Assembly (NCBI GenBank): GCA_963822445.1
Contig: CAWGHO010000002.1
Coordinates: forward strand, 672,001-736,000
Reading direction: 5' to 3'
From: an uncultured Acidobacteriota bacterium
GTDB lineage: Bacteria; Acidobacteriota; Thermoanaerobaculia; Gp7-AA8
DNA length: 64,000 nucleotides
Part shown: one piece after another, positions 34,890-47,088 of the stretch
How the letters are laid out: every line of letters starts with the position of its first letter
Numbering within the stretch: position 1 is the first letter of the stretch
Made by a program: the position numbers and the translations under genes
Notes under the pieces: model-generated
Databases searched by the model: none
What the model saw: only the letters and a program-made list of their open reading frames with translations
What the model was told of the DNA's origin: nothing

Positions 34890-36160
34890 GTGCCCATCAA
34901 GCGGATCATCCCTGTCTCGTCGGGGAAAGGCGGCGTGGGCAAAACCACGTTCGCGATCAACTTCGCGCTGGCCCTTTCCCGGCACGGTCGCACGGTCCTC
35001 GTCGACCTCGACACCGGCACCTCGGCCATCCGCAACGCCATCGACGTCCCGATCGGCAAGGACCTCTACCACTTCTTCCGCAAAGGCGAGTCGCTCAACG
35101 AATGCGTGACTCACCTCGACGACCGCATGGATCCCCAGCACCGCTGGCGCGACTTCGGATTCGTGGCAGGGCCGCTGCACCTCATCGACGAGATCACGAA
35201 CTTCGGCCCGGCTCACAAGGCCCGGCTGATCGAGGCCATCAACTCGCTCGACGCCGATTACGTGATTCTCGACATGCGCGCCGGCCTCGACGCGAACGTG
35301 ATCGACTTCCTGCCCTTCTCCAACTCCGGAATCCTGATCTTCACGCCCCATCTGCCGAGCGCGACCCTCGCCGCGTCGGACATCGTGAAGGCCATCCTCT
35401 TCCGCAAGCTCCGCCTGATCTTCAGCAAGGACTCGCCGTTCTTCGAGACGATCACCGACTCGACGTACGGCTTCAAGCTGATCAACAGCCTCATCGACCA
35501 GGTCGAGGACGTATACGACTCCTCGGTGCAGAGCCTCGACGCCTTCGCCCTCGACCTCGCCGAAAACCTCGGCGACCACCCCATCACCCGGACCGTGCAG
35601 ACGACCATCGACGAGTTCCGCGTGCACTACGTGCTCAATCTCTTCAACGGCGTCGATGACTCGTTCAACACGGCGGTGAAGCCGTTCCTCGACAACCTGA
35701 CCCGCAACGTCTCAGCCCGCTGCGGCGTGACGAACCTCGGCTGGATTACCAGAAGCGACACAGTTCATCGCGCGAACTGCAACCGCATTCCTGCTTTACT
35801 GCTGAACGAGGCCACGGCAAAGAAACGACCGCCGCGCGCGGAGCTCGACATCCGCTCCCTGGTCGGCCTCGATTCACCGAAGAAAATGGCAACCGCGGCG
35901 ACGACTCCGGCTCGCGCCGAGGCAGCTCTCGACGACCATCTGACCCGCCAGCTCGACACGCTGCGGTCGATGTTCGAGCAGAAGAAAGACGACGATCACT
36001 ACGCGAACTTCGACTACGTTACGCAGCGCGCTTTGTTCACCATGAAGAACCGCCGGGCCAGCGAGCTTGGCGACGTCCGCATCTACACACCGCAGGAAAT
36101 GCTCGCTTCGCTTTTCGCGAAGTCGAACGTGCCGACCACCATCGATTGGAGCGAATTGGA

Positions 36161-36164
<4 letters not shown>
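34890..36164 (+). CDS. MinD/FlhG-like P-loop ATPase with long C-terminal extension
   Basis: SSGKGGVGKTT deviant Walker A, VDLD and ILDMRAG. Confidence 0.8.
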
Positions 36165-37715
<1,551 letters not shown>

Positions 37716-37730
<15 letters not shown>

Positions 37731-38390
37731 CCGAGTGCGGATCACGGTCCCCGCGATCCGCAACGTGTCTTTCAGTGGTTTGTAGTGGCTCGTGGCGATC
37801 CCGTTCACGAATCCTAATTCGATCGGGATCGTCACGATGCCCATCCCGCGCCGGCCGGCGCGGACGATGACTTCGCTCTCCATGTCGAAGCCGTCGGTCC
37901 GCAGTTTCACGCTGCGCAGGAGCTGCGCGGAGTAGAGCCGGAAGCCGCTCTGCGAATCGGTGATGCGCGCGCCGGACGCGATGCTGATGCACAACGCCGA
38001 AAAGCGGTTGGCCATGCGGCGGCGCGGGAGCATCTGCTCGAACAGGTGCGCGCGGCCGCCGATGATCAGGTCCGCTCGCGTCTCCCGGTGCGCTTCGATG
38101 AACGCCGGAATCTCGGACGCGAGATGCTGTCCATCGGCGTCGAGCGTGATCACTGCGTCGAATCCCCGCTCCAGCGCCCAGGCGAATCCCGTTTTGAGTG
38201 CCGCGCCTTTTCCGCGATTCACCTCGTGGCGGATGACGGTCGCGCCGACGGCTTGCGCGACTTCGCCGGTCGCGTCAGATGACCCGTCGTCGATGACCAG
38301 CACCGGCTCGACGTGCCGCCGCGACTCCACGACCACCGCGGCGATGGTCCGCTGCGCATTGAGCGCGGGGATGATCGCCGCAATCTTCAC
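37716..38390 (-). CDS. Glycosyltransferase family 2
   Basis: IIPALN, DDGSSD, NRGKG, DADGQH and DSQSGFR. Confidence 0.92.
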
Positions 38391-39481
38391 TCATCCTCCC
38401 GCGAGATCACGGCGCAGACGATACCGCCGCCCGCGCAGATGGAGTTGACGAGGATGTGCTGCAACTCCGGCGATTCTTCGAAGGCCAGCAACGCCGCGAT
38501 GAGCTGCAACGCTCCACCGGCCGCGTACTCGCCGAAGATCTGCTTGGTGGTCACCACGTGCGGCGGCCGGTCGCCGAACATCGCCTCCAGCGCACGCGCC
38601 TCGAGCTCGTCGCCCCGCTTCGATCCATTCGCCGAGGCGTAAATCGCATCGACGTGATCGATCCCCGCGTCGTCCATGGCCGCCTTCATCGCAGCGACGA
38701 CGGCGTTGTGATCGGTGCCCCAGTCGGAGATCGGCGCGGTCGTGTCGCGGCCGATTCCGAATCCCGAAAGCCAGCCGTAGGGCTTGCGCGTTCCCGCGCC
38801 CGCGACGAGCACCGCGCCGCCTTCGCCGAGGACGATGCCTTTGCGATCGGGATGGAAGGGGCGCGCTTCATCGGCCAGCGCACCGAGACGATCGAGGACG
38901 CTGAAGAGCATCTCGTTCGCTTCTTCCACGCCGCCGATCAGCGCAGCGCGCGTCGATCCTTTCGCAATCTGCGAGGACGCGTACATTGCCGCGGCGAGGG
39001 CCGACGATTCGCGCTGGGTGATGGTGACGTTGAAGCCGCGCAGGTTCCACTCGATGGCGATGTGGCTGCCGGGCGCGTTCGCCACCGATTCCGCGAAAAG
39101 ACCCGGCGGAGCGAGCGCCGCCCCTTTCTCCACGTATTCGCGCATGTAGTCGACGGAGGTCTGCACCGGCCCGAACGCCGTGCCGATGGCCACACCGGTG
39201 TCGGATTCAAGAGCACCGCCGCAATCCTCGATGGCCAGCTTCGCCGCCGCGACGCCGAACCGCGAGAGCCCGTTCATCCGCCGCATCTTCATCGGCGCGA
39301 TGAAGTCCTTCGCCTTGAAATCGCGGACGAGCGCGGCCCGATGCGCTTTCAGGCCGGCGGTGTCGAACTGGTCGATGTCCGCAACGGCGCTTTTGCCGGA
39401 TGCGAGGAGCGCGCGAAAGGCATCAACGCCGACCGCGCCGGGCGCGACGACACCAATCCCAGTGATGGGGATACGGGACAC
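38387..39481 (-). CDS. Ketosynthase-like chain-length factor (no catalytic Cys)
   Basis: KS fold motifs; TQRESSA where the active-site Cys would lie. Confidence 0.8.
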   Translation of the reverse strand: MSRIPITGIGVVAPGAVGVDAFRALLASGKSAVADIDQFDTAGLKAHRAALVRDFKAKDFIAPMKMRRMNGLSRFGVAAAKLAIEDCGGALESDTGVAIGTAFGPVQTSVDYMREYVEKGAALAPPGLFAESVANAPGSHIAIEWNLRGFNVTITQRESSALAAAMYASSQIAKGSTRAALIGGVEEANEMLFSVLDRLGALADEARPFHPDRKGIVLGEGGAVLVAGAGTRKPYGWLSGFGIGRDTTAPISDWGTDHNAVVAAMKAAMDDAGIDHVDAIYASANGSKRGDELEARALEAMFGDRPPHVVTTKQIFGEYAAGGALQLIAALLAFEESPELQHILVNSICAGGGIVCAVISREDE

Positions 39482-39507
39482 GGCCGCGGGTTATAGCACG
39501 CACGTTC

Positions 39508-39626
39508 GAGGGGAGCGGGCGTCCCGCCCGCGCTCGCCGGGCGTTTTCGCCCGGCGATCCTCAGCGCGTTTGTGAACGTCCGGGCAAGTTGCCCGGACGA
39601 TGCGGGCGGGACGCCCACTCCCCCTC
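39508..39626. repeat. Composite REP-like palindrome
   Basis: GGGAGCGGGCGTCCCGCCCGC ... GCGGGCGGGACGCCCACTCCC with internal CCGGGC...GCCCGG hairpins. Confidence 0.75.
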
Positions 39627-39628
39627 CG

Positions 39629-40819
39629 TCACACCTTCCGAAAAAGCAGCGACACGTTGCTCCCGCCGAACCCGAACGTGTTCGACAGCACGTTGGCCAT
39701 GGCCATCGGCCGCGGCGTGTGCGCGATGTAGTCGAGGCCGCACTCCGGCGCGTTTTCGCGCAGGCGCAGCGTCGGCGGCGCGATCTGGTTCTGCAACGCG
39801 AGCACAGTCACCACCGCCTCGATCGCGCCGCTCGCACCCAGGGTGTGGCCGAAGTAGGACTTGCTCGACGACACAGGCACGGCCGTTCCGACCGCCGAGA
39901 CGATCGCGCACGTTTCCGCCGCGTCGTTGAGCTGCGTCCCCGTGCCGTGCGCGTTCACGTAATCGATGGTGTCCTCGCGCCCTTCGGCCATCGCGCCGCG
40001 CATCGCCGCTTCGGCACCGCGTCCATCCTCGATCGGAGCCGTCGGATGATGCGCATCGCACGACGCGCCGTATCCGCAGAGCTCCGCGAGAATCGCCGCG
40101 CCGCGCGCAACCGCGTCGTCCCATCGCTCCAGCACCAGGAAACCGGCGCCTTCGCCGAGGGTGATGCCTTTGCGCGTCGCGCCGAACGGTGAGCACGGTT
40201 CGGGATCGACAGCCTGCAACACGTTGAAGCCGGAGTAGGTCAGCCGGCAAAGCGCGTCGCTGCCGCCGGCGACGGCCACGTCGGCGTGACGCGAGCGGAG
40301 GTAGTCCGCGGCCATGCCGATCGCCGCGCCGGCGGACGCACACGCGGTCGCGTTCGACACGACGCCGCCACCGAGCTCGAAGACTTTCGCGACGGCGTCT
40401 GAAGGTCCGGACGTTGGCTGCTGCAGCACCCGTGATGCGGGCGCGCGACGCCGACCGCTGACGAGACGACGAAAGTAGTAATCCTCACCTTCGAGCAGAC
40501 CGCCGGTCGACGTGCCGGTGGAGACGATTGTTCGCGCCCGTGGCATCGGCGAATTCGCACTCGCCTGTTCGATGGCCTCGCGCGCCGCGACTACCGCGAG
40601 TAGATCCGTCCGCGACAGCCGTTTCACCCGCGGAAGCTCATCCGCCACCTCCGCCGCCATATCCGTCGGAAACGTCTCACCGGCAAATCGCGTGAGCTTG
40701 GCGATGCCCGCGCGCGACTCGACGATCGACTTCCACACCTCGTCTTTGTTGCGCCCGATCGAGCAGATCAGCCCCATGCCGGTGACGGCGATCCGGGTGT
40801 TGAGATCAGGCTTGCGCAC
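39629..40819 (-). CDS. Beta-ketoacyl-ACP synthase (FabF / type II KS)
   Basis: TACAS (Cys), NAHGTGT, KSYFGHTLGA and FGFGGSN. Confidence 0.93.
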   Translation of the reverse strand: MRKPDLNTRIAVTGMGLICSIGRNKDEVWKSIVESRAGIAKLTRFAGETFPTDMAAEVADELPRVKRLSRTDLLAVVAAREAIEQASANSPMPRARTIVSTGTSTGGLLEGEDYYFRRLVSGRRRAPASRVLQQPTSGPSDAVAKVFELGGGVVSNATACASAGAAIGMAADYLRSRHADVAVAGGSDALCRLTYSGFNVLQAVDPEPCSPFGATRKGITLGEGAGFLVLERWDDAVARGAAILAELCGYGASCDAHHPTAPIEDGRGAEAAMRGAMAEGREDTIDYVNAHGTGTQLNDAAETCAIVSAVGTAVPVSSSKSYFGHTLGASGAIEAVVTVLALQNQIAPPTLRLRENAPECGLDYIAHTPRPMAMANVLSNTFGFGGSNVSLLFRKV

Positions 40820-41171
40820 GGGCCAGATAGAACCTTCCCCGAACGGCTTCTACTCCATTCACACGTCCGGTTCCGCTGAATCGAAACGTGCCGCCGAAAT
40901 CGGCTTCCAGGGTCACGGTGATCTCGACCGCGTCGCCCGGCTCGATCGCGCGGAGCACTTCACAGCCGTCGATGCCGGTGAAGAATCCCTGACCTTCGAA
41001 AACGAGACCGCCGGCGAATTGAGCCATGGCTTCGACGACCATCACTTCCGCGTTCAAGGCGTCGTTCGCGGTGCAGAGGTACACCCCTTCGATCGTGCGC
41101 TCGCCGATGCGGCGTGCGGCACTCGCGGCGCGAAACGGGATCTGATGGGGAAGGCGCGCGAGCCAGTTCAA
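40806..41171 (-). CDS. Hotdog-fold acyl-ACP dehydratase (FabZ-like)
   Basis: LPHQIPF, VEAMAQ and PGD motifs. Confidence 0.8.
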   Translation of the reverse strand: MNWLARLPHQIPFRAASAARRIGERTIEGVYLCTANDALNAEVMVVEAMAQFAGGLVFEGQGFFTGIDGCEVLRAIEPGDAVEITVTLEADFGGTFRFSGTGRVNGVEAVRGRFYLARAQA

Positions 41172-41428
41172 GTGGCCGTCGCCAGCTTCGACTCGACGAA
41201 CTCCGCGAGCGTCGCAATCGAGCGGAACGAGTCCCGTGCGGAGCTCTCGTTCTTCACCTTGATCCCGAACTCGCTCTCCAGCATCACCACGATCTCCAGC
41301 GCGTCGATGGAGTCGAGGCCGAGGCCGCCGGCGAAGAGAGGATCGTCATCACCGATGTCGTCGGGGGTCATGTCTTCGAACTTCAACCGCTCGATGAGCA
41401 GCTCTTTCAGTTTTCGTTTGAGGTCCAT
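41168..41428 (-). CDS. Acyl carrier protein
   Basis: GLGLDSIDALE phosphopantetheine site, of the type seen in aryl-polyene cluster ACPs. Confidence 0.93.
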   Translation of the reverse strand: MDLKRKLKELLIERLKFEDMTPDDIGDDDPLFAGGLGLDSIDALEIVVMLESEFGIKVKNESSARDSFRSIATLAEFVESKLATAT

Positions 41429-41437
41429 GGACAGGGG

Positions 41438-42727
41438 TCAGAGTTTAGCAGCGGAGGGCAGCGTGTCCCACGCGATTCGCGGCGCGATCAACCCGCGCCA
41501 CTTCTGCAGTTTCACCAGCGCGAAGAACACGGCGAGCTTCAGGCGGTTGTTGCGGGTCTGGAAGATGTCGCCGGCGAGCACGCCCACGATCGCGTTCAGC
41601 AGGCCAAACCGTTCCGAGGGCTGCATGAACACCTCGAGGAATTCGCGGCGGTAAAACTGCTCGATGAACTTCAAATACGTGTCGAGGCCCTGGCTCATGT
41701 CCCGCTCGTACTTTTTCAGCGCGTCCATCGAGCCGGTGCGGAGCTTGTCGGCAATCGCCGACGCGGCGATGTCCGCGGACTTCATGGCCATGAACACGCC
41801 CGTCGAAAAGATCGGATCGATGAAGCCGGCCGCGTCGCCGATCAGCGCGAAGTTCGTGCCTACCATCTTCTTCATCCGGAACGAAAAATCCTTCCGGGCG
41901 TAGATCTCCGTGATCCGCTCGGCGTTCTTCATCCGCTCGGCGACCCACGTCGATTCGGCGATGGTCCGGTTCAACAGTTCTTCCGGCTCGAGGCCGCAGC
42001 GGAGGTAGTGCTCCCTGTCGACCACCAGCCCGACGCTCATCACTTCGGCATTGACCGGAATCAGCCAGAACCACGCATTGCGCAACACGACGATGACCGT
42101 GTTTCCCGCGTTGCGGCCGGGCGCGCGCGGCACGTTCCGATAATGCGCGAAGAATGCGATCTTCTTCAGCGACTCGATGTCGGATTTGGCGCCGACGCGA
42201 TTGCCGACGACCGCGCCGTGACCGCTGGCGTCGATGACGAAGCGAGCTTCCAGCCGTGTGGAGTAGGCCTCCGGCCTGCCTTCAGCCGCCGAGGCAGGCC
42301 GGAGGCCCACACCACACCGGTCAGGATCCGACAGGTCCACGTCGACGACAGCCGTCTCTTCACACACATCGACGCCCTGCTTCGCGGCGTTCTTCAGAAG
42401 CAGATGATCGAACTCCGCGCGCTTCACCTGATACGAACGGCGATATGGATCAGACAGCCGCTTGTCGAAACGGAAGCTGTAGCCGACCGCGCCGTCGCCG
42501 GTGACAAAGTACGCGCCGTACTTCGGGAAAAAGTCGCCTGCCATCAGCTGATCGGTGACGCCGAGGCGGTCGAAGAGGTCGTTGTTGTACGGGAGGAGCG
42601 ATTCGCCGATCTGGAAGCGCGGAAACCGCTCGCGCTCGAGCAGCGTGACCGACAGCCCCTGCTGGGCGAGAAGGGTCGCCGCGGTGCTTCCCGCGGGGCC
42701 TCCGCCGATGACAATCACGTCGCGCAT
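41438..42727 (-). CDS. Flavin-dependent halogenase-family oxidoreductase
   Basis: GGGPAG, FPRFQIGESL, PKYGA, WFWLIP and GDAAGFIDPIFSTGV. Confidence 0.85.
   Translation of the reverse strand: MRDVIVIGGGPAGSTAATLLAQQGLSVTLLERERFPRFQIGESLLPYNNDLFDRLGVTDQLMAGDFFPKYGAYFVTGDGAVGYSFRFDKRLSDPYRRSYQVKRAEFDHLLLKNAAKQGVDVCEETAVVDVDLSDPDRCGVGLRPASAAEGRPEAYSTRLEARFVIDASGHGAVVGNRVGAKSDIESLKKIAFFAHYRNVPRAPGRNAGNTVIVVLRNAWFWLIPVNAEVMSVGLVVDREHYLRCGLEPEELLNRTIAESTWVAERMKNAERITEIYARKDFSFRMKKMVGTNFALIGDAAGFIDPIFSTGVFMAMKSADIAASAIADKLRTGSMDALKKYERDMSQGLDTYLKFIEQFYRREFLEVFMQPSERFGLLNAIVGVLAGDIFQTRNNRLKLAVFFALVKLQKWRGLIAPRIAWDTLPSAAKL
42256..42317. repeat. REP-like palindrome inside the halogenase-family CDS
   Basis: GTGTGGAGTAGGCCTCCGGCCTGCCT / AGGCAGGCCGGAGGCCCACACCACAC (26 bp arms, 2 mismatches). 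Confidence 0.8.
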
Positions 42728-42754
42728 GCAGTGTTATTCTGCCTCTCCGGTCCC

Positions 42755-44095
42755 ATGTTTCAACGATTTCTCTCTCTCATCGAGCGCGATCCCCACGCCC
42801 TGGCGCTGCTCGACGCGGCGTCGGGCACACGAACCACCCGCGCCCAGCTCCTTGCGAACGCCAACGAGCTCGCCCGGAAGCTGACCGATGCCGGAATCGC
42901 TGAAACCGACGCGGTTGCGATTCAACTCCCGAACTCGACGGATTTCGTGGCCGCGTTCCTCGCCGCGTTGAAGCTCGGCCTGGTCGTCATCCCCATCGAT
43001 CGCGACGCGACCGAGACTGAAGTGGCCACGATTCTCGGGCACTTCGCGGTCCGGGGATTCATCTACCGCGGCGGTATTTCCGTGCGATCGATCGAGGGCC
43101 GCCCGAACGTTCCCTCGAACGCGCGGCTGATCAAGCTCACCTCGGGATCGAGCGGACGACCGAAAGGCATCGTCACCAGCGAGGCAAATCTCATCGCCGA
43201 CTGCACGAACATCTGCGCCTCGATGGGCATCACCGCAGCCGACATCAACCTCGGCGCAATCCCCTTTTCCCACTCGTACGGCTTCTCGAATCTGGTCACG
43301 CCGCTCATTCTCCAGGGCACGCCCATCGTCGTTTCGAACGATTACCTGCCCCAGGCGCTCATCGAGCACGCCAATCGGTACGGCTGCACGGTCGCGCCGC
43401 TGATTCCGATGGTCTTCGATCACCTCGCCACGGCGGCATCGGGCGCGTTCGACACGGTTCGCACGTTCATCTCCGCGGGCGCGCCTCTGCCCCCATCGAC
43501 CTCGCGCAGATTCCGCGAGCGATTCGGAATCGACATCCACTCGTTCTACGGCTGCAGCGAGTGCGGCGGGATCACCTACGACCGCAAAGGCGCCGCGGTG
43601 GAACGCGGAACGGTCGGCGCACCGCTCAACGGCGTGGAACTGCTGATGGATGCACCACGCGTCGCGATTCGTAGTGCGTCGGTTGCGCTTGGGTATCTGC
43701 TCGACGCAAACACGTTCGAGCCGTTCACCGACTTCGTCACGGACGATCTCATCGAGCTGCGCGACGGCGAGGTCGCGCTGACCGGTCGCGCCAGCGATTT
43801 GATCAACACCGCGGGCAAGAAAGTGAACCCGCGCGAGGTCGAAACGATCCTTCTGCAGATCGACGGCGTGCGCGAGGCGAAGGTTTACGGCGAGCCCGCC
43901 GGCGCGCGGGGCGAAGTCGTTGCCGCGGCGATCGTCGCGACGCCGAATGTCACCCGCGAGGTGGTTCGCGAGTACTGCCGCACGCGACTCTCGCTGCACA
44001 AAGTGCCGCGCATCGTGAAGCTGATCGAGGAGATGCCGGTCGACGAGCGGGGCAAGATCAAGCGGGCGGCGCTGTCTGGACTTCCCGAGCGCTAG
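42755..44095 (+). CDS. AMP-binding acyl-CoA/acyl-ACP ligase
   Basis: LTSGSSGRPKG, FYGCSE, GRASDLIN.AGKKV.P.EVE and GKI. Confidence 0.9.
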   Translation: MFQRFLSLIERDPHALALLDAASGTRTTRAQLLANANELARKLTDAGIAETDAVAIQLPNSTDFVAAFLAALKLGLVVIPIDRDATETEVATILGHFAVRGFIYRGGISVRSIEGRPNVPSNARLIKLTSGSSGRPKGIVTSEANLIADCTNICASMGITAADINLGAIPFSHSYGFSNLVTPLILQGTPIVVSNDYLPQALIEHANRYGCTVAPLIPMVFDHLATAASGAFDTVRTFISAGAPLPPSTSRRFRERFGIDIHSFYGCSECGGITYDRKGAAVERGTVGAPLNGVELLMDAPRVAIRSASVALGYLLDANTFEPFTDFVTDDLIELRDGEVALTGRASDLINTAGKKVNPREVETILLQIDGVREAKVYGEPAGARGEVVAAAIVATPNVTREVVREYCRTRLSLHKVPRIVKLIEEMPVDERGKIKRAALSGLPER

Positions 44096-45584
44096 CAGCC
44101 GCTTTCTTGCGCGACCGCAGCAGGTGTCCAACTTCCGCGCGAATCCACAACTTGAATCCGCGCATCACCATCCGCATCGGCGCGAAGTCGAGATTGAAGT
44201 ACGCCTTGATGCGCCGGCCATCGTTGTACTTCCCGGCCTCCCCCGCCGTCCGCCGCCCCTCGGCGATGGTTTTGAAGCGGCGGTTGTACGCCTTCATCAC
44301 GTTGTAGCTGATGAACGCCGCTTTCGGCCCGAGGACGGGCATCCAGTAGAACTTCTTCATGAACTTGTACGCGGGGATGACCACGAACAGGTAGTACTGC
44401 GCGGTGTCGATGAGGAACGCCGCGCTGAGCAGGTCCGCCTCGCCCATGTAGTAGTACTTGTCCTTGTACGCGGCGCGGAAGAAGCGCCAGTACGAGCGCA
44501 CGAACGTCGCGTTATGCTCGGCGATGCGTGGGGTGATGTCGGTGCCCATCGCGTCGTCTTTGATGATGCTCGCCGTCGCTTCGGCGGTGAACGACGCGTG
44601 ATCGAGACCGGGCGAGTAATACGGATCGAGAAACGCGGCGGCGTCGCCGAGCAGTGCCCATCCGCGCCCCATGTATTGTTTCGTCGCGTAGGCGAGCGTC
44701 GAATAGAAGCGGAGATCATCGAGCCGCGGCTCTGCGTTCTGCAGAATCTCAGCAAGTGACGGAATCGCCTTCAGGAACGCGATGAAATCCTCGGCGCGAT
44801 TCTTCGACTGATGCAGGCCGACCAGCCGCTTGTCGAAGACGACGCCGATGCTCGTTTCGCCGTTGCCAAGAGGGATCACCCAGATCCAGAAGCCGTAGCC
44901 GGTGTAGTGATTCGTACCGAGCCGCCGCGACCCGACGTTGTCGGACGTGAAACTCCCGCGCGCCGCGAGCTCGTCGATGTGGCGGACATTTTTCCAGCGG
45001 CACCAGATCGCCGCCGTCGGATGCTCGTCGTTGCGCTCGATGAGATTCAGGCGGCGGCCGAGGAAATTCACGCGGCCTGTCGCGTCGAGCAGCCAGCAGC
45101 AGGAGAGCTCGCGCGTTTCGTCGCCCACCTCGATCGTCAGTCGATGATCGAAATCGCCGATGACCACGTCGCGCGCTTTCGCGGGACGCACGAGCTCGGC
45201 GCCTTCCGCGACCGCGGTCGCCAGCAGATGTTCATCGAGCGCGTCACGCCGTAACTGAAACGACGGCACCGGACTGCGAATGAAGCCGCCCGCTTCGGTC
45301 GCGTTCGCATGACCGGTCACCTTCTCGTTGGTGAACCAGTAGCGCAGCCCTTCCTTCGGCAACTGCTCGCGCTCGAGATGCTCCCACATGGCCAGGCGGC
45401 GGGTCAGGAACATCGCCGACATCTCCGTCGTGGCCTCGCCGACCTTCTCGTCGAAGGCCTCCGCTTTCTCCACGATGAGCACGCGCAGTTCGGGCGATTC
45501 GCGCCGCAAAAGGATGGCCGTGGAGGCGCCGCTGAAGGCTCCGCCAAGGACGATTACGTCGTACCGGTCTTGCAGTGTCGCCAT
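44058..45584 (-). CDS. Second flavin-dependent halogenase-family protein
   Basis: GGAFSG, KVGEAT, LPKEGL, WIWVIP and GDAAAFLDPYYSPG. Confidence 0.8.
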   Translation of the reverse strand: MATLQDRYDVIVLGGAFSGASTAILLRRESPELRVLIVEKAEAFDEKVGEATTEMSAMFLTRRLAMWEHLEREQLPKEGLRYWFTNEKVTGHANATEAGGFIRSPVPSFQLRRDALDEHLLATAVAEGAELVRPAKARDVVIGDFDHRLTIEVGDETRELSCCWLLDATGRVNFLGRRLNLIERNDEHPTAAIWCRWKNVRHIDELAARGSFTSDNVGSRRLGTNHYTGYGFWIWVIPLGNGETSIGVVFDKRLVGLHQSKNRAEDFIAFLKAIPSLAEILQNAEPRLDDLRFYSTLAYATKQYMGRGWALLGDAAAFLDPYYSPGLDHASFTAEATASIIKDDAMGTDITPRIAEHNATFVRSYWRFFRAAYKDKYYYMGEADLLSAAFLIDTAQYYLFVVIPAYKFMKKFYWMPVLGPKAAFISYNVMKAYNRRFKTIAEGRRTAGEAGKYNDGRRIKAYFNLDFAPMRMVMRGFKLWIRAEVGHLLRSRKKAAASAREVQTAPPA

Positions 45585-45603
45585 GCTAGGATTCGCGCCC
45601 CAC

Positions 45604-46284
45604 ATGGAATGGCTTAAAGATGCGTTTCATTTCCTGACCGACGTTCGCGGGCTCGTGCAATGGGGAGGGTACATCGCCCTCGCCATCATCGTCTTCACCG
45701 AAACAGGCCTGATGATCGGCTTTTTTCTGCCCGGTGATTCGCTGCTGGTCACCGCCGGTCTGTTCGCCGCAAAAGGCGATCTCAACATTGTTTTTCTCAA
45801 CGTGCTCTTGATGTTCTGCGCGATCACCGGCGACGCAACCGGCTACTACATCGGCAAGAAGCTAGGCCCGGCTCTGTTCCGCAAGGAAGACTCGCTGCTG
45901 TTCAAGAAGAAGCACCTCATCGCCACGCACGAGTTCTATGAACGGCATGGCGGCAAGACCATCATCATCGCCCGCTTCGTGCCGATCATCCGCACGTTCG
46001 CGCCGGTCGTGGCCGGCATGGCCAACATGTCCTACAAGCGCTTTGCGCTGTTCAACGTCGTCGGCGGAATCGGCTGGGTGTTCTCGATGACGATGATCGG
46101 CTACTCGCTGATCAAGATCTTCCCGGACGCCGAGAAGCACATTCACACGATCATCATCGTGGTGATCGTGCTGTCGATCCTGCCGGGCGTCATCGAAGTG
46201 CTGCGCGCAAAGATGAGGAAGCCTTCAGATCCGCCACCGCCTTCTCCGCCTGCCACAGATGGCGGCGTTGATGGGCCACGATGA
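45604..46284 (+). CDS. DedA family membrane protein
   Basis: FTETGL...FLPGDSLL and ARFVPIIRTFAP. Confidence 0.93.
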   Translation: MEWLKDAFHFLTDVRGLVQWGGYIALAIIVFTETGLMIGFFLPGDSLLVTAGLFAAKGDLNIVFLNVLLMFCAITGDATGYYIGKKLGPALFRKEDSLLFKKKHLIATHEFYERHGGKTIIIARFVPIIRTFAPVVAGMANMSYKRFALFNVVGGIGWVFSMTMIGYSLIKIFPDAEKHIHTIIIVVIVLSILPGVIEVLRAKMRKPSDPPPPSPPATDGGVDGPR

Positions 46285-46765
46285 TCAGAAACGCGGAGTA
46301 GAGGTTGTAGCGGACGCGCTTGTCGAAGGGCGAGACGATCTTGAGCTTGCCGAGATCGAGTCCGCGGGCCTGATGCAGCAGATCGACCAGCTTCGACTGC
46401 AGCGATGAGAACTCGCCGAACGCTTCGGCCTTCGCCCGCACCGATTTCGGGACGAACGGCGCCGACGTCGCCACGCGCTTCCGGATCGGCGGCTCGAGAA
46501 ACCACCGCAGCACGCGGCCGAGGACGTCCATCGAGGGCTTCTTCGTCGAGCTGAGGCCGCGCTTGCGACCCTCGTCGATGCTCTTTTCGATGACGGGCAG
46601 GAACATCTCCGTGGAAACGCTGAGGTGAGCGAGGCACTCCGCCGCGGACCAGCTGGCGTGATGGGGACGGACGGTGAAGAGGCGAGGCTCGGTCGACTTC
46701 ACGAGCTCCCAGGCCCGCTTCGTTGCGTCGTCGATCTCGGCTTCCACTTCCTCCAGCACGATCAC
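46190..46765 (-). CDS. DinB family protein
   Basis: WSAAECLAHL ... AHQRRHLWQ. Confidence 0.8.
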   Translation of the reverse strand: MIVLEEVEAEIDDATKRAWELVKSTEPRLFTVRPHHASWSAAECLAHLSVSTEMFLPVIEKSIDEGRKRGLSSTKKPSMDVLGRVLRWFLEPPIRKRVATSAPFVPKSVRAKAEAFGEFSSLQSKLVDLLHQARGLDLGKLKIVSPFDKRVRYNLYSAFLIIVAHQRRHLWQAEKAVADLKASSSLRAALR

Positions 46766-47088
46766 TCCTCACGCAGCAACGAAATGAGCACAGGAAGATC
46801 CTCGGTGACCGTGGTCCAAACGATGACCGGTTTGATCTCACGGTATCCGTGAAACAGGCGGTGCCGCATTCCGATGATTCCGGGCCAATCCAGCGGAAGC
46901 ATCCTGCGCGTTTCATCGCCCAGCAATCGCGCGGCTTCCCCGATCACTCCAACTCGATAGACCACGGCGTCCTGTGTTTTCTGATCGGCTTTGAACGTCT
47001 CGAGGTTCATGCCCGTTACGTATGAAACCGCCAGGCGCGCAGACAGGAGCATGTCTCGCAGATAACCGCGATCGTCGTCAGAGCTCAA
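46762..47088 (-). CDS. HEPN (DUF86 / HepT-like) RNase toxin
   Basis: YLRDML, IGEAA and MRHRLFHGY (RX4H); TTG start overlapping the MNT gene end. Confidence 0.85.
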   Translation of the reverse strand: MSSDDDRGYLRDMLLSARLAVSYVTGMNLETFKADQKTQDAVVYRVGVIGEAARLLGDETRRMLPLDWPGIIGMRHRLFHGYREIKPVIVWTTVTEDLPVLISLLREE

